From Patescibacteria group bacterium (GTDB lineage Bacteria; Patescibacteriota; Patescibacteriia; Patescibacteriales; UBA12465): a DNA stretch of 64,000 bases. The notes below the pieces were generated by a model that saw only the letters and a program-made list of their open reading frames with translations, was not told the origin of the DNA and did no database searches. A program made the position numbers and the translations under genes. This document shows positions 6,891-14,182 of the stretch, piece after piece (position 1 is the stretch's first letter; every line of letters begins with the position of its first letter). The DNA lies in contig JBAZZR010000002.1 of assembly GCA_041658665.1 (NCBI GenBank), positions 137,147-201,146 of the forward strand, written 5' to 3'.

Positions 6891-8972
6891 CTAGCTCCGA
6901 ACATTTTTATCCTCAACCTCTACTTTATTCTCGACTTCCACTCCCATTACGCTTTCTTTATATCCAATTTCTTCGTCACATTTCGGACAAAATCTATGTT
7001 CCCCAGATAAATAACCGTGTTTAGGACAAATAGAGAAGGTCGGAGTAATCGTAAAATAAGGCAAACGATAATTCTCAACAATTTTTTTCACTAATTTTTT
7101 AGCGGTATCGCCATTAGATAGCCTTTCTCCTAAGAAACCATGCAAAACTGTGCCGCCCGTATATTTAATTTGTAAATCATCTTGTAAATCCAGGGCGGAA
7201 AAAATATCATCAGTGAAGTTAACGTGTAAATGTGAGGAGTTAGTATAATAAGGAGCAGCTCCTTTATTTTGGCACGCCTCGGTATTGGCACAAATAATTC
7301 CTGGATAGAGCTGCTGGTCTTTTTTAGCAAAACGATAAGTACAACCTTCTCCTGGAGTAGCTTCTAAATTATATAAATTATTAGTTTCATTTTGAAAATC
7401 CATTAATTTTTCCCGCATAAAATCCAAAATTTCACCAGCAAACTTATGGCCTTCTGGGGTAGAAACATCTTTACCCATTAAATTCATAGCCGCTTCATTC
7501 ATGCCATTAATACCGATAGTCGAAAAATGATTTTTCCAATAAAAACCAAAATGGGCTTTAATATTATCTAAATAAAACATGGAGTAAGGATAAAGATGAT
7601 CGTCCGTAAACTTTTCAATTATTTTGCGTTTAATTTCTAAACTTTCCTTAGCTAACTCCATTAAATATATTAAACGTTTTTTAAATTCTTCTTGGCTTTT
7701 TGATAAATAGCCTAGGCGCGCCAAATTAATAGTCACGACCCCTAAAGAACCAGTTAACGGATTAGCGCCGAAAAGGCCGCCACCGCGCTTGCGTAACTCA
7801 CGGTTATCAAGTCTTAAACGACAACACATCGAACGCGCGTCATCACGCTTCATATCGGAGTTAACAAAATTAGAAAAATAAGGAATACCATACTTGGCCG
7901 TCATCTCCCAGGCCGGCTTAAGACACTCCCTATCCCAATCAAACTCTTTATCAACATTATAGGTAGGAATTGGAAAACCAAAGACGCGACCCGTCGAATC
8001 CCCAGCCAACATAACTTCGGCGAAAGCTTGATTAAACATATCCATTTCTGCTTGAAAATCCTTGTATTTTTCCGGCATTATAGCGCCCCCAATAATAACA
8101 CTCTCTTCACCTAAAAGCGGCGAAGGAATAACATCTAAAGTAACATTAGTAAAAGGGGTCTGAAAACCAACTCTAGTAGGGACATTAACATTAAACATAA
8201 ACTCCTGCAGGCCCTGCTTAACATCTTTATAACTTAAATTATCATAACGAATAAAAGGTGCTAAATAAGTATCAAAATTAGCAAAAGCTTGTGCCCCAGC
8301 CGCCTCGCCTTGCATCGTATAGAAAAAATTAACAATTTGCCCTAAAGCACTTCTAAAATGTTTTGGGGGAGCGCTTTGGACCTTTTCGTCAACCCCTCGA
8401 AAACCTCGAATTAATAGATCTTTCAAATCCCAACCGCAACAATATGGAGCTAGCAGCCCTAAATCATGGATATGAAAATCACCATTAGTATGAGCGACCC
8501 TAATATTTTCTGGGTACATTTTATTTAGCCAATAACGAGCAGAAATCGAAGAAGCAATATAATTATTAAGTCCTTGAACAGAAAAACTCATATTACTATT
8601 TTCTTTCAAACGCCAGTCCGCTCGACCCAAATAATCTTCCATTAATTTATCGTCCGATGTCGCTTTACCAATATCACGTAATTGACGATGTTGATCGCGA
8701 TATAAAATATAGGCTTTAGCGATTTTGATAAGCTTATTGCTAATCAGTACTTCTTCGACTATATCCTGAACCTCTTCAACGGCCGGAATACTATTTTTAT
8801 GAAATTTTTGATTAAGTTCTAAAGACGTCTGGTCGGCTAACTTCTTAGCAAAATGTCGATCATCAACTCCGACCGAAAGAGCAGCTTTATAAATAGCCTT
8901 ACTAATCTTAGCTAGATCAAAGTCAACAATTTCTCCAGATCTTTTAATTAATTTCTTGATAGTCTCCGACAT
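6891..8972 (-). CDS. nrdD: Anaerobic (class III) ribonucleoside-triphosphate reductase large chain, lacking the glycyl-radical motif
   Basis: N-terminal ATP-cone, SMCCRLRLD active-site loop, LPYFTITPTFSICPKHGYLSGEHRFCPKC zinc site. Twenty-eight non-conserved residues (including VEVENKVEVEDK) follow before TAG. Confidence 0.9.
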   Translation of the reverse strand: MSETIKKLIKRSGEIVDFDLAKISKAIYKAALSVGVDDRHFAKKLADQTSLELNQKFHKNSIPAVEEVQDIVEEVLISNKLIKIAKAYILYRDQHRQLRDIGKATSDDKLMEDYLGRADWRLKENSNMSFSVQGLNNYIASSISARYWLNKMYPENIRVAHTNGDFHIHDLGLLAPYCCGWDLKDLLIRGFRGVDEKVQSAPPKHFRSALGQIVNFFYTMQGEAAGAQAFANFDTYLAPFIRYDNLSYKDVKQGLQEFMFNVNVPTRVGFQTPFTNVTLDVIPSPLLGEESVIIGGAIMPEKYKDFQAEMDMFNQAFAEVMLAGDSTGRVFGFPIPTYNVDKEFDWDRECLKPAWEMTAKYGIPYFSNFVNSDMKRDDARSMCCRLRLDNRELRKRGGGLFGANPLTGSLGVVTINLARLGYLSKSQEEFKKRLIYLMELAKESLEIKRKIIEKFTDDHLYPYSMFYLDNIKAHFGFYWKNHFSTIGINGMNEAAMNLMGKDVSTPEGHKFAGEILDFMREKLMDFQNETNNLYNLEATPGEGCTYRFAKKDQQLYPGIICANTEACQNKGAAPYYTNSSHLHVNFTDDIFSALDLQDDLQIKYTGGTVLHGFLGERLSNGDTAKKLVKKIVENYRLPYFTITPTFSICPKHGYLSGEHRFCPKCDEEIGYKESVMGVEVENKVEVEDKNVRS

Positions 8973-8974
8973 AT

Positions 8975-9433
8975 TTATTTTTTTTCATTAATTAGCTTAT
9001 TCAGTTCTTTTCTAAACTCATGAGCATCCTTAAAAGATTCATAAACGGAAGCATAACGAATATAAGCGACGGGATCGATTTTTTTCAAATTTTTCATCAC
9101 CATTTGGCCAATTTGTCGAGAGGTTACTTCCGCACTTTTTAAACGCTGTAAATCTCGCTCAATGGAATGAATTAATTTTTTAAAACGATCTTCGGTAATT
9201 GGCCTTTTCTCGCAAGATTTCTTTAGACCGCTAACCATCTTCTCACGATTATAATTTTCCCGGCGACCATCACGTTTAACAATAACTAAGTCTAAAAGCT
9301 CTATTTCTTCATAGGTAGAAAAACGAAAACCGCATTTTAAACATTCGCGGCGACGGCGAATAGATAATCCATCAGGCGCCACTCGAGAATCTACTACTTT
9401 CGTATCCAAATAGTAACAAATCGGACACTTCAT
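8975..9433 (-). CDS. nrdR: Transcriptional repressor NrdR (zinc ribbon plus ATP-cone)
   Basis: MKCPICYYLDTKVVDSR...RRRRECLKCGFRFSTYE is the canonical NrdR N-terminus, followed by an ATP-cone. Confidence 0.95.
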   Translation of the reverse strand: MKCPICYYLDTKVVDSRVAPDGLSIRRRRECLKCGFRFSTYEEIELLDLVIVKRDGRRENYNREKMVSGLKKSCEKRPITEDRFKKLIHSIERDLQRLKSAEVTSRQIGQMVMKNLKKIDPVAYIRYASVYESFKDAHEFRKELNKLINEKK

Positions 9434-9455
9434 AAAAATATGTTATATTGCAAAA

Positions 9456-9504
9456 ACCCTATATTTTGTGGCCTTCTAAAAAAATAGACCACTAAATGTT
9501 GTAT
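9456..9504. promoter_or_regulatory. Two tandem NrdR-box-like palindromes upstream of nrdR-nrdD-nrdG
   Basis: ACCCTATATTTTGTGG (9456-9471) and CCACTAAATGTTGTAT (9489-9504) were compared with the remembered consensus acaCwAtATaTwGtgt, matching about 13/16 and 11/16. Starts are 33 bp apart, 23-70 nt upstream of the nrdR ATG. Confidence 0.5.
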
Positions 9505-9600
9505 CTAATGATATTTTAGCAAAATTTATTCGTTCGGTCAATTTAGCTAATTTTAAAAAAAATATAATTTTTTTTTCAAGTTATCCACAGAAAATTATAA

Positions 9601-9634
9601 AATTAAAAGGCTGTCTATTTTCCAATAGACAGCC
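9601..9634 (-). terminator. Rho-independent terminator after the 308-aa orphan gene
   Basis: Perfect 11-bp stem GGCTGTCTATT/AATAGACAGCC with a 4-nt loop, followed on the minus strand by TTTTAATTTT. It lies 13 nt after the stop. Confidence 0.7.
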
Positions 9635-9646
9635 TCCAAGAAAGTT

Positions 9647-10573
9647 TTATTTAAATATTTGACCATTTTCCCAAAGAGCTAACGTTTCCGGGGCTAAAAA
9701 AGCCGATACTGAACCCGCGCAGCCAAAATATCCACTTACTGAATAAGCACCAAAAACAAGTTTTCCCTCAGAAAATCCAAATCCGGGGACTAAGGAGATA
9801 CTATCATTCTCTAGTCGAAATTCATCGCCCGGGCAATCAACGCTTAGTTCGTGGCCATCCACAAACCTATCGGGATTTTCTAAGATCATATCCCCTACAG
9901 AAGCGGCGTCTAACCCAAATTCGTTAACCGTATTACCAATTAATTCCCGAGAGTAATTAACCGATTGGCCAGCATGATAACGACCGAATTGAGCATCAAT
10001 TACCCAAATATCGCCTAATTGTTCTCTAGAAATTAAGGAGAGGGCCACTAAAGTTCTAGTTTGCTGGCCTAGCCTTTCTGAGGTTAGTTGGCCAGCTCGC
10101 CAATTACAAAAATGACGCGACTTTCTTATTTCTTTCAAAACTATTTGCAGCCGTAAAGCGTAACTATCAAAATTATTAACCCTAGGAAAATATTTTTGCG
10201 CCAAAGCTACCGGCGAAGCGACTGCGAATCTAGCCTCTGCGCCAGAGCAAAGCGGCCGCTTAGCAATAACTTCCTCATAAAAAATAAGAGAATCTTTAGG
10301 CGATAGTCTATATCTATTAGCCACTGAGACTATCTGTTCAAAAATAGATTTTGTCTCATATTTAGACGGGTAGTCACTAGTCGACACAGTCTGCTGATGA
10401 ATAAATTCTGATAAATTGTGCGGAATAATGTTAAGCGCTTTTCTTTTCCGAGTCCTCTCTGATTGAGTAAAATTCTGAGCACCGCCTTTAATCAAGGTGA
10501 GCCCAGATAGATTACCGCCATCCGTATTTTTAAACAAAAAATGCTGGGTCTGTTCTTCTTGATTAATAATCAT
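9647..10573 (-). CDS. Hypothetical cytoplasmic protein (no family recognised)
   Basis: 308-aa ORF with no TM helix or signal peptide. A GGAG lies 7 nt before the ATG. It has its own terminator and an upstream inverted repeat. Confidence 0.6.
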   Translation of the reverse strand: MIINQEEQTQHFLFKNTDGGNLSGLTLIKGGAQNFTQSERTRKRKALNIIPHNLSEFIHQQTVSTSDYPSKYETKSIFEQIVSVANRYRLSPKDSLIFYEEVIAKRPLCSGAEARFAVASPVALAQKYFPRVNNFDSYALRLQIVLKEIRKSRHFCNWRAGQLTSERLGQQTRTLVALSLISREQLGDIWVIDAQFGRYHAGQSVNYSRELIGNTVNEFGLDAASVGDMILENPDRFVDGHELSVDCPGDEFRLENDSISLVPGFGFSEGKLVFGAYSVSGYFGCAGSVSAFLAPETLALWENGQIFK

Positions 10574-10637
10574 TGTCTTACTCCAATCTTATTTAATTTT
10601 TGAATACTCAGAAACATTGATCTAGTCGCTTATCCTA

Positions 10638-10693
10638 TTATAAGATAAACGTTCTAAATACAAATAATTATACTCAGAACGTTTATCTTATAA
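10638..10693. promoter_or_regulatory. Perfect 17-18 bp inverted repeat bracketing a TATAAT (candidate operator/promoter, or ftsZ 3' hairpin)
   Basis: TATAAGATAAACGTTCT (10639-10655) pairs perfectly with AGAACGTTTATCTTATA (10676-10692). The 20-nt loop reads GAGTATAATTATTTG on the minus strand. Confidence 0.4.
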
Positions 10694-10755
10694 ATTTTAT
10701 ATTTTAAAGGACGTATTTTTATTTATATTCTCAATAAAATAATAATTATGAAGGG

Positions 10756-11949
10756 CTAGTTCATCTTCTTCCGAATAAACGCTGGGACGCTTAAATCATC
10801 ATCTTCCTTATCGCTAGATCTTTCCGCTTTTTTCTCTAGTGCCGGCTTAACCGGAATATTTTTAAACACCGAAAATTTCCCCTTATTTTTATCGACACTA
10901 CTGGTCGTAGAATTTGATTCTGACTCCGCCTCTTTTTCGGCAATAAAAGTATTCGGGGTGTAAGATTTCACTGACTCTGTCTTTTGACTCTTACCATGTC
11001 CATCAAAACCGGTCGCGACAACGGTAATTTTAATTTGATCCTTCATTTTTTCATCAACCACAGCACCAAAAATAATTTTAGCGTCCTCATCAGCGGCGGA
11101 AGTAATAACTTTAGCGGCCTCACTTACTTCATTCATACTTAAGTCTGGACCACCGGTGATAGTAAAGACAATACCTCGAGCCCCGTCAATAGACATATCT
11201 AGCAAATTGGAATTAATCGCTTCCTTAGCCGCTTCAACCGCCTTATTCTCGCCGCTCGCCATACCTATACCCATGAGAGCCGAACCGGCATTAGACATAA
11301 CCGCTTTAACATCAGCGAAGTCAGCATTAATAATACCAGGAACAGTAATAATTTCGGCAATCCCCTGAACGCCTTGACGCAAAACATCATCAGCTATTTT
11401 AAAAGCGTCTAATAAAGAGGTCCGCTTATCAATAACTTGGAGCAATTTATCATTAGAAATCGTAATAATAGTATCAACCTTATCGGCTAGTTCGGAAAAA
11501 GCCCGGTCGGCGATATTCTTACGTTGGCCGCCCTCGAACATAAAAGGCTTAGTAACGACGGCTACAGTCAAAGCCCCAAGATCTTTAGCAATTTGAGCGA
11601 CTATTGGCGAAGCGCCTGATCCCGTCCCGCCTCCTAAGCCACAAGTCACAAAAACCATATCACAATCTTTCAAAACTTCCCGAATCTCATTCTGAGATTC
11701 TTCCGCCGCCCCCTTACCTAAATCAGGATCCATGCCCGCGCCCAAACCGCGAGTGACCGTTTTCCCAATATGTATTTTTTCATTAGCTTTATTATAATGC
11801 AAAGCCTGAACATCGGTATTAATCGCCACAAAACCTACTCCCTTAATTCCACTGGTAACCATTCGATTAATCGCGCTACCGCCGCCGCCGCCGACACCGA
11901 CGACTTTTATCTTTGCAAAAGTTTCAATTTCTGGTTTTACTTCAGCCAT
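10756..11949 (-). CDS. ftsZ: Cell division GTPase FtsZ
   Basis: GGGTGSGASP tubulin signature, NTDVQAL, and a C-terminal DDLSVPAFIRKK peptide. Confidence 0.97.
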   Translation of the reverse strand: MAEVKPEIETFAKIKVVGVGGGGGSAINRMVTSGIKGVGFVAINTDVQALHYNKANEKIHIGKTVTRGLGAGMDPDLGKGAAEESQNEIREVLKDCDMVFVTCGLGGGTGSGASPIVAQIAKDLGALTVAVVTKPFMFEGGQRKNIADRAFSELADKVDTIITISNDKLLQVIDKRTSLLDAFKIADDVLRQGVQGIAEIITVPGIINADFADVKAVMSNAGSALMGIGMASGENKAVEAAKEAINSNLLDMSIDGARGIVFTITGGPDLSMNEVSEAAKVITSAADEDAKIIFGAVVDEKMKDQIKITVVATGFDGHGKSQKTESVKSYTPNTFIAEKEAESESNSTTSSVDKNKGKFSVFKNIPVKPALEKKAERSSDKEDDDLSVPAFIRKKMN

Positions 11950-11970
11950 AAAATTATCTATTTTAAATTA

Positions 11971-13230
11971 TTATTTGGGCATTATTTTATTCCACAAACC
12001 TTTAGTCTTCTCCAAAAGACCAGATAAATTTCTTTTTAAACTCCCCTCTCCTGAACCATCTCCCTCCGTATGACTGCCCCAAATAACCAAACCGAGAGCA
12101 GTTAAAAATTCGGGGTTCTTTACTTTATCGATAATCACACTAATGTTTTTAGCCGCCCCTAAAGCCGCCGGCAAACGTAATTTTCTTTTTGAGGCTTCGA
12201 CTAAACCGTCTAAATCAGCCCCGCCACCGACAAAAATAATTCCGGCCGGGAGCATTCCGGAACGATCAATTTTTTTAAATTCTTGATCGACTTTGTCAAA
12301 AATCTCCTCGACGCGGGCACTAATAATTTCCGCCAAATAACGACGAGAAATAATACTAATATCATCATTAACTTCCTCTTCTTTAACTAACTGGCTAACA
12401 TCTATCTCATCTTTCTTATCAATACTCTCAGCAATCGCCGTCCCGTACTCTCTTTTAATTCTCTCTGCTAAATTAATGGGGCAACGTAAACCAATAGCGA
12501 TATCGGCAGTAATATGTTCCGCGCCGATTGGTAAAACAGCCGTATGAATTAAATTGCGTTCTTCATAAATAGCTAAAGAAGTAGTGGAAGAACCTAAATT
12601 AAGGAGCGCGACACCCAGCTCTTTTTGTTTAGTGCTTAAAACCGCTTCCGCCGCCGCTAAAGGGGCAATCACTAAATCTTCTATTTCTAAACCGGTGCGA
12701 TAAATCGCTTTAGTTAAATTTTTAATCTGAGTACTCAAACCCTGGACAATTAAAGTCTCTACTTCTAAACGGATACCGTTCATGCCAATCGGATCTTTAA
12801 CGTCGCCTTGATTATCAACACCGAATTTAATCGGTATAACATGTAAAATTTCATAATTAACCGGCACGGCTAGCGCTCGAGCCGCCTCGATCGCTCTATT
12901 TACATCATTCTCATTAATCTCTCCATCACTACGACCCACCGCAACCACTCCTTTAGAGCGCTCACATTTAATATAAGGGTCGTTAATGCTTACCCATACT
13001 CGACTAATTGGTACGCCGACTAAACGTTCGGCTTTTTCCAGACAAGACGAAATTGAAGAAGTAGTTTCTTCAATACTATTAACAATTCCCCGGCTCACGC
13101 CGGCGGTCGGGCCAGAAACGGCCCCAATAATTTGTAATTCATCGCCGGCTGGGCCACTTATTTTCTGACCGATGACTAGTCTAATTGAAGTAGAACCGAT
13201 ATCGAGCCCAGCGATAACATTATCTTTCAT
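11971..13230 (-). CDS. ftsA: Cell division protein FtsA (actin-like ATPase)
   Basis: GLDIGSTSIRLVIG phosphate-1 motif, LNLGSSTTSLAIY, GGGADLDGL. It sits immediately upstream of ftsZ. Confidence 0.95.
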   Translation of the reverse strand: MKDNVIAGLDIGSTSIRLVIGQKISGPAGDELQIIGAVSGPTAGVSRGIVNSIEETTSSISSCLEKAERLVGVPISRVWVSINDPYIKCERSKGVVAVGRSDGEINENDVNRAIEAARALAVPVNYEILHVIPIKFGVDNQGDVKDPIGMNGIRLEVETLIVQGLSTQIKNLTKAIYRTGLEIEDLVIAPLAAAEAVLSTKQKELGVALLNLGSSTTSLAIYEERNLIHTAVLPIGAEHITADIAIGLRCPINLAERIKREYGTAIAESIDKKDEIDVSQLVKEEEVNDDISIISRRYLAEIISARVEEIFDKVDQEFKKIDRSGMLPAGIIFVGGGADLDGLVEASKRKLRLPAALGAAKNISVIIDKVKNPEFLTALGLVIWGSHTEGDGSGEGSLKRNLSGLLEKTKGLWNKIMPK

Positions 13231-13409
13231 AATACGGATAACTGCGCTAGCTTAAGAACTATTTATTCTCAGTCAAAATAGCTTCTTCCGCCTGCTTGTT
13301 AATAAAAGGATATTTTTAATTAAAAATAAAAATAAGACAATAGGCCAACAAATAATTACTGTTAATATTATACAAAATTTCTAAAAATTTAACAATTATT
13401 CAAGAACCT

Positions 13410-14174
13410 TTAAAAGAGGTTAATATACCAACTAATTATCTCCTGGCCCCAAATTAAAGTAATAATAGCGCCGATTGCCAAAAATGGTCCCAAAGCGATC
13501 CGTGACTGCCAAGCCTTGCGATGATAAAAAACTAAAAAAGAGCTAACGATGGCGCCACTAAAGTAGGCAATGAGCAGCGCCGCGACTAGATCGACTAAGT
13601 TAGGAAAAGTTAACCCTAAAAAAATACCTAAGTAAATATCTCCTTCCCCAACGCCTCGTTTTTTGGTTAAAATATATTGAATAAAAAAGAAAGCGCCGCC
13701 AATTAAAGCCGATACTATTAAAGTAAACCAGGCGTAACCTAATATTAAATTAAGAATAAAAACCAAGCCGCCCATTAAACAAACGAGTGCCACCGGTACT
13801 AGTTGCCAACGAAAATCATAAACAAAAATAATCACTAAAGAAATTATCAAAAACCAATCGCGCAGTAATAATACTAATAAATCCGGACTGACTGAATCGC
13901 GCTGCCAAACCAGTAAAAATAAAATCGCTGTTATAAGTTCGACAAGGGGATACTGCCAAGAAATCGCTACCTGACACTGGCGACAGCGGCCCCGCAAGAA
14001 AATAAAACTAATGAGAGGAATATTATCATACCAAGCAATCGGCCGACGACAATGCGGACAATAAGAGCGCCCCCCCAAACTTTCATTCTTATAAAGACGC
14101 CAAATCAAACAATTTAAAAAACTGCCAATGATTAGTCCAAAAATAAACACCATCGCCGAAAAGTAAATAGTCAT
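13410..14174 (-). CDS. Type IV prepilin peptidase (A24 family, PilD-like)
   Basis: N-terminal CPHCRRPIAWYDNIPLISFIFLRGRCRQC zinc motif, multiple TM helices, and GVGEGDIYL and GPFLAIG motifs. Confidence 0.9.
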   Translation of the reverse strand: MTIYFSAMVFIFGLIIGSFLNCLIWRLYKNESLGGRSYCPHCRRPIAWYDNIPLISFIFLRGRCRQCQVAISWQYPLVELITAILFLLVWQRDSVSPDLLVLLLRDWFLIISLVIIFVYDFRWQLVPVALVCLMGGLVFILNLILGYAWFTLIVSALIGGAFFFIQYILTKKRGVGEGDIYLGIFLGLTFPNLVDLVAALLIAYFSGAIVSSFLVFYHRKAWQSRIALGPFLAIGAIITLIWGQEIISWYINLF

Positions 14175-14182
14175 AATAATAA

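Noticed and set aside
6847-6962. A single sequencing indel, or a group I intron (as in phage T4 nrdD), as the explanation for the nrdD interruption
   Set aside because: The nrdD frame stops at TAG 6891-6893 and the small-ORF frame has TAA at 6874-6876, so one indel cannot fuse them. The intervening segment is only ~50-150 nt, AT-rich and lacks obvious paired elements. That is far too short for a group I or group II intron.
6780-7010. Plus-strand ORFs 6780..7010 and 6359..6568
   Set aside because: They are antisense shadows of the nrdD 3' end, the radical-peptide ORF and nrdG. Their sequences are low-complexity and no motif was recognised.
13367-13400. TTGTTA-16 nt-TATAAT on the minus strand as the ftsA promoter
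   Set aside because: It is plausible but not reported as a feature. The 180-nt AT-rich spacer contains several equally good hexamer pairs.
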